DNA of 55,579 nucleotides, counting the filler, from Catajapyx aquilonaris (Eukaryota): the NCBI GenBank assembly GCA_000934665.2. It is 4 parts of 4 records of this genome, joined end to end, with 100 filler letters (N's around TTAATTAATTAA, not from the genome) between each part and the next. Parts side by side here need not be neighbours in the genome. Positions count along the whole stretch, not along the records: positions 13,904 to 27,702 come from JYFJ02007980.1; positions 27,803 to 41,656 come from JYFJ02007981.1; 2 more parts are not named here. One strand, written 5' to 3'. Shown here one piece after another: positions 26,815-37,858 of this stretch. The notes beneath the pieces are model-generated. The model had not been told where the DNA came from. It made no database searches and saw only the letters and a program-made list of their open reading frames with translations. How positions within the stretch are numbered: position 1 is the first letter of the stretch; the number at the start of each line of letters is the position of its first letter. Both the position numbers and the translations under genes were made by a program.

Positions 26815-27605
26815 CAGGGTGAATACTGTAACTTGGGCAAAAATCACAGGGTGGGTAGTGTAGACCAAGACAAGTATTTTTGACATAGGAACCCATGTCC
26901 GGAAATGCCCCCGTACGGGGGTACGGCTGTTTCCCGCACAATATTTGGATGCAGCCAAAGGCCGGAACAACAATGATCGTTGCGCCTGGTGGGTAGGCAA
27001 CCGTGTCAAGTGCCGATGGGAGGATTTTATTAGATCAAGGTCAGCCAACTCCTGGCCAACTCTGTTACACATATTTTACAGTCATGAAAGATGAAACTAA
27101 TGGATGACACAATTTTATTACCATGCGTTACAAAAGGTGCTCGAAATGCCCCCCATCGACTTCGATGCATTTTTGAATGCGTGCCTTCCACGCTGCTCGT
27201 ATTCGTTCGAAGACGCCCTTATGCTGCCTAATGGCCTCTGCGGCCATTACGACTGGCGCAATCAAGTCCTGTTCGGTGGGCACCGGCGTCTCGTACACCA
27301 ATGCTTCCATTGCACCCCACAGGAAGAAATCCGGAGGGGTGAGATCCGGAGACCTTGGTGGCCACGCGATAGGCCCTCGACGCCCTATCCACCGCCGATT
27401 GTGGAATGTTTGGTCCAAGTGGTCCAGGACAACCCTCCCCCAGTGAGCGGGACAGCCATCTTGCTGCCACCACATGTCGCGGCGCAACTGCAGGGGCAAA
27501 TCATAGAGATACTCCGGCAGCTGTTGTTGGAGGAAGATGCAGTATAGTTATGCGTATTCAACCGGGCAGACAGCATGTATGGCCCTAGTAAATGGTCACC
27601 GACTA
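26815..27605 (-). mobile_element. Tc1/mariner DD41D (rosa/VS-like) transposon, 3' part
   Basis: ORF 27499-27128 has QQDGCPAH...WIGR.G..WPPRSPDLTPPDFFLWG...GGHFEHLL. Frameshift upstream; TA|CAGGGTG terminus at 26815. Confidence 0.9.
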
Positions 27606-27702
27606 CCCAGGCAACAAGCTGTCGTCATTTTGACGTCATTTTTGGGTCACTGGATACGTCATTTAGGCGTCACTTAGTGACGTCTTTTAGACGTCATTAT
27701 GA
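27606..27702. mobile_element. CMC/EnSpm-like MITE end inserted in the mariner
   Basis: TA|CCCAGGCAACA start followed by repeated (G)ACGTC subterminal motifs; cut by the spacer. Confidence 0.4.
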
Positions 27703-27802
27703 NNNNNNNNNNNNNNNNNNNNNNNNNNNNNNNNNNNNNNNNNNNNTTAATTAATTAANNNNNNNNNNNNNNNNNNNNNNNNNNNNNNNNNNNNNNNNNN
27801 NN
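27703..27802. other. Assembly spacer (N44-TTAATTAATTAA-N44)
   Basis: Same structure as 13804-13903. Confidence 0.95.
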
Positions 27803-28009
27803 TTTTAGAGGGTGGGTTCATTGGTCAAAAATGTTTGTTTTGGGGTCCCCTACCCACCTTTAAAATTTATGCATTGGGTCTTGTTACACCCTGTATATAG
27901 GACATCTAAATTAAATAAGTGATTGCAACAAAAATATGAAATAGTCTGAAAAATGGCTTCTACACCTCAACTACAGCAGGTTCTTTCAGAGTATTATTAC
28001 TAAATAATT

Positions 28010-29584
28010 GAAGGGGTCGGTGCAATACCGCCCTAACCCTCCAAAACCTGATTTTGAGAAAACTGAAGTTGAAAGTTTGAGATGACCCATAAATCACGTT
28101 TTCCATAGGACAATTTTCATATCTCCCCCAATATACAAGGCACTAATAAGGAACATTTACGTGCTATTATGATGATGCACCACCCACTCTAAGAATGAAC
28201 AAAATAAGGTGGCCACGTGTGAAAAAAAGGGTTAGGGCATTATTGCACCCAACTTGTGATGCGAACTAAATTGGTCAAGAACGTATCACAAGTTAGTTTA
28301 ATGTTCATATAAATGATATCAAATGAACTGTCGGGAGATGGGGAACATTTTGGTGGCAACTGGTTTAACCTAGATTGTAAAATAAAAATGCTAAAAAAAT
28401 CGCATTATTGTGCAAAATGGACACATTTCATATGGTCCAATGTCATTGTTAAACACATGCTAAGCATGTGGAATTAATATGGTAGGTATAGTGCCATCTG
28501 ATCATTACTACTGTAGAGGACAACATCATAGGTCAAGCAGTCTTGGAAATAATAAATCCTGAAATGTCTGTTTTCCACTAATTTGGTCATCTTTGGGGTC
28601 ATTTTTCTCAATGTGGAGCTGGGTCAATTTTTAAGTTACCAGAAGCGTCTTTTCATGCATAGCATAGCGCTGTAAGAACTGTTCACTTACCATGAGCGGT
28701 TCACTCGCAACATCAAATAACGTGGAGTAGCCTAAAGAGGGCTTTTCCGGAAATTTCAGGATTTATTATTTCCAAGACTGCTTGACCTATGATGTTGTCG
28801 TCTACAGTAGTAATGATCCGATGACAATGTACTGTACCTACCATATTAATTCCACAAGCTTATTAGCATGTGTTTAACAATGACATTGGACCATATGAAA
28901 TGTGCCTATTTTGCACAATAATTCGAATTTTTTAGCATTTTAATTTTACAATCTTGGTTGAACCCGTTGCCACCAACATGTCCCTCATCTCATGCCAGTT
29001 CATTTGATATAATATGAACATGAGGATACAGCAATGACTTCACCTGAAATAAATAGTCCTTCCGGCTCCATTGTTGCTGAAAGAAGTTGCCATATCTCCT
29101 TGGGATTTTCACCTGGGAGGCTCTTAACTCTATTTTTGGCAACACTTCAACAATTTTTATATATCAACTTGTCTGTCTTGACATGGAATGACCCAACTAT
29201 TATTATTATTTTGCTGCAATGGACTACTACTTTGCACATCATCATTATCAGGATCGAACTCTGAATCTTAGGTACTCTCATCCACATCGGTGTCATCAGG
29301 CAAAAGCTCAATATTTAAGCCCAACTCGTGAGACACAGCTGCTCGCAGCTGCATCCTGCGTGCTGCAATATTTGAAGACGGAGGGTTAGGGCGGTTTTGC
29401 TGCAGAAAATAAGGTATTCATTACCTTGCAGCAATAAAAACATTGTTTGATTTCTCACCGACAAATGGCAGAAACTGGACAATCTCAGTGTACTTTATTC
29501 GATATTTGAGTGTAGTATATGGAAGTGCGCGAAACTCAATTTGTGTCATTTGGTGGGTTAGGGCAGTATTGCACCGACCCCTTC
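28010..29584. mobile_element. Non-autonomous DNA transposon, Sola-like (AATT TSD)
   Basis: TIR GAAGGGGTCGGTGCAATAC / GTATTGCACCGACCCCTTC with AATT on both sides. Internal inverted arms at 28301-28565 and 28753-29021. Confidence 0.75.
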
Positions 29585-29676
29585 AATTGCACAAATGGCT
29601 TCTCGGGTCTCAGGAGGGTATAGCGGAAACTTGCTCACTCATTGTGGAATTTTAGTGTCATTTGCTATTCAGATAT

Positions 29677-30035
29677 ATATATTTTTATTTATTTATTTAG
29701 TTTACCCCGTGATGACCCTTATGGGTGCTATAGGGGGGTGGCATACCACCATCTGTTTTCTGTATATATTTTCTGCTTCATTCTCCGGTGCAAGGAAACA
29801 GGGACAATGGGAAAGGATAGAGATTTTTGGGGAGGGAACATGGGTGCAAGGTGCAATGTCGTAGCTAATGGGTCATGTGCTGTTCCCCAGGAGGTTAGGT
29901 TGCCAGACACCTCCTTGGTGCAGGTCAGAGACCCTCCTGACGCAGGTGAAAGGAAAGTTCCCCAGGCGGGGATCGAACCTGGGGCCTTTCACTCAGCAAG
30001 CCGAGACGTTACCATCATGGCCACCACACCTCCCC
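29677..30035 (-). mobile_element. tRNA-derived SINE, family A
   Basis: A box TGGCCATGATGG and B box GGTTCGATCC, (TAAA)n tail, 13-bp TSD GCTATTCAGATAT. Second copy at 41561. Confidence 0.9.
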
Positions 30036-30075
30036 GCTATTCAGATATGTACAGGTTTCGCTGTATATAAATATA

Positions 30076-30281
30076 CAGTGAACCCTGTCCACAACGGATC
30101 CTGTGTATAATGGAAACTTGCCTATTGCGGAATTTTTCTGGTAACTGGCGTATGAAAATTACACAATTTCCACTATATTCGACTCGGAAATTGTGTACTT
30201 TCCATACGCCCGTTACCAGAAAAATTCCGCAATAGGCAAGTTTCCGTTACGTTCAGGGTCCGTTATGGACAGGATTCACTC
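30076..30281. mobile_element. pogo/Tigger-like palindromic MITE
   Basis: TA|CAGTGAACCCTGTCCA...TGGACAGGATTCACTC|TA foldback. Confidence 0.8.
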
Positions 30282-30293
30282 TAGATAAATATG

Positions 30294-30830
30294 TAGTGAA
30301 ACCTGTCCATAACATACCCTGAGTGTTACAAAAACTTGTCCATTGCGGAATTTTTCCGGGAACGGGCGTATGTATAGGACATAAATACCGTGTTGAATAT
30401 AGCGGGAACGGCATTGTTAAATGGTTCGCGCGCGATCCGCAACAACAGCGCCACTTTTTTTCCTCCCCCACTCTCTGCCCACAATGCTTTGCGGCATTGC
30501 AGCGTTCACTTCCACTCTTTCTTGTTTGGTGCTGATGACTAGGAAAATCGTAATTTTCAGCGGAAACGTGTCAATTACGATTTTTCTAGGGCACCGTGCT
30601 ATTCTGCTATACACAGGTTTCACCAGTGGCGGATCTAGACGTCGCGTCGTTGGTGGGGGGGGGGGGGGGNNNCCCCCCCCCCCCCTTTAAAAAAAAAAAC
30701 TCTGTAAGCACATCGGATAAAAGCAAGTAAATACAATTGAGACATGGCCATTTTTCAGTTTCTTGCTTCAGCTTGGGGGGGGTGATCACCCCGATCACCC
30801 CCCCCATAGATCCGCCACTGGGCTTCACTG
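30294..30830. mobile_element. pogo/Tigger-like MITE interrupted by a hAT MITE
   Basis: AGTGAAACCTGT left end; right end ACAGGTTTCAC[insertion]TG|TA. Confidence 0.65.
30624..30820. mobile_element. hAT (Tip100-like) MITE
   Basis: TIR CAGTGGCGGATCTA / TAGATCCGCCACTG; 8-bp TSD GGTTTCAC / GGCTTCAC. Confidence 0.85.
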
Positions 30831-31594
30831 TATCCAAAAGAGAAAGTTTGTATGCATGATAATGTTTGATTGTACATGGCAATGGGTTACCAGCATAGCT
30901 ACGATGGTTGCCATAAACCCAGTTGCCGGGTAACCCTCGTTTTAAAAATAGGGATTCATAAAAATTCAGTTCGACAAAACGCACAAAATCCAGACGCATA
31001 CAGTAGCCTAGAGTACCGGTACTTGACTTGCCGGTCCACATGTGGTGCATTTGCCGAGTGTCCCTCATAGGGGACACCCGATTTCAACGCCACCCTCAGA
31101 CAAGGAATGTAAAAAATATGCCTATATTTCCACATCGACATCATCATTCATAATTTTTCTAAGTATTACAAACAAAAAATAACTCATAATGCTAATCAAC
31201 ATTAGAGAATTAATTACTAATCGTCATCGGAACGTGAAGGTGCAGCCATTATTTCCTGCGTTAAAATTCAAACACCTGTATCTTAAAAATCTGAAGCAAT
31301 ATTGAGCAGGTTTGAACTTGTGTAGTTAGCTGGGACTCTACTGAAGCCCCCATCACTACTGCCAGCTCTTTAGCAGCAGAAGAACCTGTGCAAAAAATTC
31401 AAATGTAACAACTGTGCAGGTGTCCCCTATAGGGCACACTCGGCATATCTGGGTTAAGGTTTAGAATGAGCAGTCTGCATATTGTCAGTGGAGGTCTACA
31501 CTGTACTCCCAATTATCTGGGTGCAGATTATTATCCGTGCATTGGCACAAAAAAAAGGTTAGGAATAAACAAGGGGGTTCTTCAAAAAAGTGTA

Positions 31595-31615
31595 CAGTCA
31601 TCTAAATTCTAAAGG

Positions 31616-31673
<58 letters not shown>

Positions 31674-32118
31674 GATACCCCATTATCAGCCCTTTAGGCT
31701 TTATTAGGGGGGGATTTCTCCCAATATTTTTGTCTGGAACTCTTTCCATTTTTACTAAACTTTTCATCGGAATTGAGGCAAGGATAGGTAAGGAAGGAAG
31801 CGGCTGTGGCCTATAATTACGGTAACGACCCTGGAATTATCCTGCGGTGACCATGGGAAACCACAGAAAACCATGATCAGGGTCGCCGGCATCCGGGATT
31901 CGAACCCAGGACCTCCCGATTAGCAGTCGGACACTATACCACTACACCACTACTGCTTCGGTCAGCTAAAGGATTACCTTTCCACACAGGCTGAGAAATT
32001 AGCCTCCAACAGAGGTGCTGCCTCCCCCTGATGCAATGACTTGCACTCCCCTAGGTATCATCTCTGTTGGAGGCTAATTTCTCCGCCTGGTGTGGAAAGG
32101 TAATCCTTTAGCCGACTG
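31595..32118. mobile_element. TA-flanked palindromic MITE carrying a SINE in its left arm
   Basis: CTAAAGGATTACCTTTCCACAC...GTGTGGAAAGGTAATCCTTTAGCCGACTG|TA. Confidence 0.65.
31620..31965 (-). mobile_element. tRNA-derived SINE, family B
   Basis: A/B boxes (TGGTGTAGTGG, GGTTCGAATCC), (TTA)n tail, TSD CTAAAGGATTA. Near-identical copy at 49117. Confidence 0.9.
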
Positions 32119-32546
32119 TACAGCAGCTCACCTGAATTGCAGCTCTCCTCGGCTCTCCACGGTTCACCAATGAGTATACAACAGCTCACCGAAGTGAATT
32201 GCTCCCAAGGTTGCTCCTAATAGAGCCACAGACAGCTGAGAGGAGCCGAGGACAGTCGAGGAGGGCCAGGGAGAGCCAAGGAGAGCTCCTCTGTGAGCAG
32301 GGATTCTCTCTACAAATTGCTCCTTTGTTCATCATATGACATAGTTTGCCCTCCTCAGCTCTCCACGGCCCTCCTCAGCTCACCACGGCTCACCAGTGAG
32401 GGTGTACACCAGCTGACCAAAGTGACTACCCTCTTGGGAATAAAAGTCCAAGAGAGTGTCAATCGCATGACAATCGTCATGACATTTTTCTATGGAAAAA
32501 TATTCAGAAAACAATTTTCTTTGATTTTTTGTTTGGATAATAAGTA

Positions 32547-32927
32547 CAGTGGAGCATCAATTATCCGAACAGAGTCTGCCAAGGGGGTGTTCGGATAACT
32601 GATTGTTCGGATAACCGATCATTTACGGAAAAAAATTGTACTGGTGTCATAGGAGCAATATGAAACTAAGAAACAGTGATATTAACCACAATACTGTATA
32701 TTTTCTGTCACAGCCACGTCTTAAAAATACTGTACATATACCTTACTGTCCTTACATGAAGTAGTCCTACAGTTTGGGGGGGGGAAAGGCCCATTTCTTT
32801 TGCTTGAGAGCCGAGGCTCGTTTTTTGGTGGCTAAATCGCGCATTTTTCTCTTTTTTTGCCGACCCGAAAACGTTCGGTTAACCGATGGTTCGGTTGATC
32901 GGGGTTCGGATAATCGATGCTCCACTG
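32547..32927. mobile_element. pogo/Tigger-like MITE
   Basis: TA|CAGTGGAGCATCAATTATCCGAAC...GTTCGGATAATCGATGCTCCACTG|TA. Confidence 0.85.
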
Positions 32928-32953
32928 TAATAAGTAACTCTTTATTCTTGCAG

Positions 32954-33411
32954 ATAGGGCGTAAAAATAACTGTACATTTTGTGGTGTGTTTCGCCGACA
33001 AGCCATTGATCGTGGAGCTGTGATGCTTGGAGTGAACAAAATTGTGACTGGTCACAATGCTGATGACATAGCTGAAACAGTAATCATGAACGTTTTACGT
33101 GGTGACATTGCTCGGTTGCAGCGATGCACAGATATTGTGACAGTAAGTGTGATGCTCATCATTTATGTGACGAGAACGAGATGTACAGAATTGACTTATA
33201 TTTCAGGGTGCAGAAGGTGCATTACCTCGATCAAAGCCCTTCAAGTACACTTATGAGAAGGAGATCGTCATGTATGCTTACTTCAACAAGCTGGATTACT
33301 TCTCCACTGAGTGCATCTATTCCCCAGAAGCATATCGTGGTCATGCACGTGCATACCTGAAGGATTTGGAACGGATTCGACCGTCTAGTATAATTGACAT
33401 CATACATTCAG
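32954..33411 (+). CDS. CTU1: Cytoplasmic tRNA 2-thiolation protein 1 (CTU1/NCS6), two internal exons: 32954-33142 and 33207-33411
   Basis: [17 protein letters not shown]...[20 protein letters not shown]...[20 protein letters not shown]...[33 protein letters not shown]; canonical in-phase GT-AG 64-nt intron. Confidence 0.95.
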
Positions 33412-33783
33412 GTAATGTTTTATATACCAGAATTCTGAACTTACGGTATTTGCAAAATTTCAACAGACTATTGATTCCACATCAACTCAGTCAAAATCTA
33501 TATTATTAATACCAGACTGTTCCCACAACTCCTCCCTCACCACACGGCCTACATCTTTGGGAGTTGTGTCTAAATTTTGCCAGTGTTTTCTATATTTGCA
33601 ATAAACTTTTGTTGTTTGGAAATAGTGTTAAACTCAAAAAACCGCAAAAAGGAAAAGCGGCCGCGGACTTTCCACGTGATTCCCATTTCCGCCGTTCCGG
33701 GCGCGGTGCACCACCTTCTGGGTGGCAGCTCACTTCTGCACTCCACTGTTAGATGTTGCTTCGATGCTGCTGCCTGGTCCACA

Positions 33784-33786
<3 letters not shown>

Positions 33787-33831
<45 letters not shown>
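33787..33831. repeat. (CT)n microsatellite
   Basis: Direct reading. Confidence 0.95.
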
Positions 33832-33833
<2 letters not shown>

Positions 33834-34059
33834 CTTCAGCACTTTTGCGTAATTTTGGCAAGTTGGTGGTAGAAATTTATACAGGACCGTGTTTTTTACT
33901 AATAGGCCAAGTGTTGGTCCAGTGTTGGTCCAAAACAAGTCGAAAATGTAGAGGGGAGAAATGTTGAGAGACCAACCAATAACAACGTGGACAACCAGAC
34001 ACATTGGCCTGCCCATAGACACATGCAGCAACACACACCACACCTTTTTGTAGGGAGAT

Positions 34060-36206
34060 GGGTCATTTTGATTTTTTTTGCGCAAATCCAGATACAGTAA
34101 AACTTCTATAAGTCGAATCTCCATGGGACCGAGAAAAAACTTCGAGTTATAGAAGATTCGAGTTAGAGATGTTTGGCTTTTTTAACCCTAATAAGATGGG
34201 CATATCATATGCTGATACGGTAGCTTTAAAAAATTCTGCTGGCGAAACTAGCGTTTTCCCACTATGTAACATGGTTTCTGTGTGGCTTTTTAAATGTTCT
34301 CTCGCGTAAAAAATCGCGAGTTTTGGACTACAAAATCGTGCATAAATAAACCGGATTAACCAGATTAACTTGAATGAAATCATCTTTTTGCGCCTGCTGA
34401 AAAAAAAAGCTTTAAAAAAAACGACTTTGACCTGCAAATTCTAGGCATACATAGTTGCCCCCAAACCTCCTCAAGAGATTGCACCCGAAAATTAGTGCAA
34501 AAGATTATTCAATAGTTTTAAAATAAATAAATAATGTCCATAAATGCCAATTAGCAGCTGGCGGGCTTCTGCACAACTCCTGGCCGGCCTCCATATTGGT
34601 TGGAGGGGCGCATGCCCCGGGGGGTTTTGAATAGCTGTGGCGCAAGGGTTGTTTACACACGTGAGGGGTTGTGTGTTTATCACTATAGCTCGCCTGGAAG
34701 GCCTGTGATGTAATTCATGCTATGTGCTTATGTACTGCTTTGTTCAGTGGTGCCAAGGCTACATACAGATAATTTTTTGTCAAGCAGGCAGAGTGACAAA
34801 AATTTGGAGTAGGCGCGAAACATACCCCCCTGTGCCACCTCTTGCGCATATAAGAATTTACCCCTCCGTATGGCATGAGAGGAGGGTCACCTAGATGGCT
34901 TCAGGATCAAGCCTGGACACTAGACGATCATATTCACTAGTGTTTTCAAGTCTCATCCCCCAAGTGCCAAAGCAAGCGAATTTTTTGCAGATCCCTGCAA
35001 AAACGGGAAAAACCACCCGTCTTATTAGGGTTAAAGCACATAACTCTATAAGGAAGCCTACCTTTATATCCAGCAACAAAAGGTGTTCAAAACTTAAAAA
35101 TTACTGTCACTATCACACTTACAATGTTCCTCGTTGTTTTGTTGTAAAAAAAAATCTCCGTCATGGACATTTGGGTACTCTTAGATTCAAGGATTCAATT
35201 GTCACAATCAAGTCAAACACTTCTTTCGGTACGTCTGGTAGGTACGGAGATCAGGAAATTGAGCCTTTCTGTACGTGTGGCCTACTCTCGACCTCCGTCT
35301 GGGAAATGAGACAATTTTCCGTACTCGCCAACATGAACTTCAACTTAGGGAGACTGGAAATGCATTGATATCCCATCGTAAGGCCCTGCCAGCACTTCGA
35401 GTTATAGAAATTCGAGTTAGGGAAGTTTATTTCCTATTATTTTGCATTGTGACCAACCAAGCTCATCATTTTCTTCGACTTATAGAGAACTTCGACTTAG
35501 GGAAGTTCGACTTATAGAAGTGTTACTGTATTTGTTTTCATGAAAAGTTATTAGTACCTGAAGAGGTGGGACCTTAGTATGCAACAAGCTCCATTCAGCT
35601 TTGACAATTGCATGCAGTGGAATAGGATTTAAGAAGGTAACATACGTGACAGGCAGAAATAATACTCAGCAACCTTGAGAGAAAACATGGCCCGCTTCCT
35701 CCTTGTCCAGCACTCAACTCCCAACTGACAAAGGATTCCCTCACGACTGAATCTATGCTACACTTGGGCATTTTGCTGGCCTATTTTGAGCAATTTCAGA
35801 AGTTCCAGCAAGGGTGCCAGTCAGATGGTAACAGAGTGTGACAGTGTCACGTTTCACATCCTTAAATGATTCGTAAAGCTTAGTTATATGTTAAATGACA
35901 ATGATATGTATAAACTTTGGGGTATCCAATGATAACAAGCGTAAAAAAAAATTGGGTTCCAAAACCTCGTACTGACACAGGTGTATGAAATTCACAAAGA
36001 GCTCATCTTCCTATCGGCTTCACCTCATTTCCATGCACTTTTCATCATTTTTTATTTAGTTACATATGACTGAATGAATTCTAATCCATGATTTTGATAT
36101 AAATGAACACATTTGAATGTCTCTCATATTAATGTAAAATGACTTGCAGGATTGGTCACTTCTACATTGACACAACAAATGCGCAAAAAAAAAATGAAAA
36201 TGACCC
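34060..36206. mobile_element. Sola-like non-autonomous element (4-bp TSD AGAT)
   Basis: TIR GGGTCATTTT...TTTGCGCA / TGCGCAAAA...AAAATGACCC, AGAT on both sides. Confidence 0.75.
34095..35528. mobile_element. pogo/Tigger-like non-autonomous element
   Basis: TA|CAGTAAAACTTCTATAAGTCGAA...TTCGACTTATAGAAGTGTTACTG|TA with repeated TTCGA(C/G)TTA subterminal motifs. Confidence 0.85.
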
Positions 36207-36322
36207 AGATGGCCTCACAGATGGACCTGCTCACCTTACAGTGGTTGCCCAGGGAGCAGGATATGAGCGTGATAATATTTATGGTACTGATAATATTTTG
36301 AAAGATTGCCTCTTTTGCAATA

Positions 36323-37858
36323 GGGTCATTCCACGTCAGTTCGTCACGATATTAGCTCTTGGTATCTCGAATTTCATTCAGACTTTTTTAAATGGAAGTA
36401 CTCTACCCCAAACAAATGTGGCGCAGGCCATTCATCCGAAAAAAATTTAACAACGGAACTACGGGCGACGAAAGATTATCGATTTTATCGTTTTTGGCGC
36501 TGTGCGGTATCCGAAAAGTGACGATATCTCCCTTAATATCGATCGTAGAGAGATGTACATAGGGACTTAAATTAATTGGAGATGTGCACGAAATAGACGT
36601 AGGCCACCAAATATAATTTCATGTAATATATTTAAAAAGTTACGCTAAATTTTAAAATTAAAATTTACTTTTCCAAAATCGCTATTTTTATTTATTTTTA
36701 CTTTTTCCCTTACATAAATATATAGTCCTTTGGGTTAATTATCCCGTTAAAATGTCGATGGGCAATTCATAATTGGTCGAGATAAAAATTATCGAAATTG
36801 AAGGTACACCGCTCCTGCATATCTATCTAGTGCCTTGAACGAACATTCATTGTATTTTTTGGCCCAGTAAACAGGTTTAACTCATGTAAGTCTGGTGACT
36901 AATTTTCTTTAAACATTACAAATTCTGAACCAATTAATACTTTAGTCATTCAATAATATTTTCCAATGCTTTTGTAATTATTATGATTACCATTAGTAAT
37001 GGGTAACCCCATCTTGATGGGAATATGCCGTGAAATGTATGTATGTACCATTAGTAATGGTGATCATAATAATTGACAAAATCATTGGAAAATATATTAT
37101 TGAATGTCTAAAGTATTAATTGGTTCAGAATTTGTAATGTTTAAAGAAAATTAGTCACCAGACTGACATCATTTTGTCAATTATTATGATTATTACCATT
37201 ACTTAATGGTAATCATAATAATTACAAAATCATTGGAAAATATTATTGAATGACTAAAGTATTAATTGATTCAGAATTTGTAATGTTTAAAGAAAATTAG
37301 TCACCAGACTTACATGAGTTAAACCTGTTTACTGGGCCAAAAAATACAATGAATGTTCGTTCAAGGCACTAGCTAGATGTGCAATTTCGATAATTTTTAT
37401 CTCGGCCAATTATGAATTGCCCATCGACATTTTAACGGGATAATTAACCCAAAGGACTATATATTTATGTAAGGGAAAAAGTAAAAATAATTAAAATAGC
37501 GATTTTGGAAAAGTAAATTGTAATTTTAAAATTTAGCGTAACTTTTTAAATATATTACATAAAATTATATTTGGTGGCCTACGTCTATTTCGTGCACATC
37601 TCCAATTAATTTAAGTCCCTATGTACATCTCTCTACGATCGATATTAAGGGAGATATCGTCACTTTTCGGATACCGCACAGCGCCAAAAACGATAAAATC
37701 GATAATCTTTCGTCGCCCGTAGTTCCGTTGTTGAATTTTTTTCGGATGAATGGCCTGTGCCACATTTGTTTGGGGTAGAGTACTTCCATTTAAAAAAGTC
37801 TGAATAAAATTCGAGATACCAAGGGCTAATATCGTGACGAACTGACGTGGAATGACCC
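36323..37858. mobile_element. 1.5-kb near-perfect foldback, Sola-like (4-bp TSD AATA)
   Basis: TIR GGGTCATTCCACGTCAGTTCG; inverted arms of roughly 650-700 bp; AATA on both sides. Confidence 0.85.
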
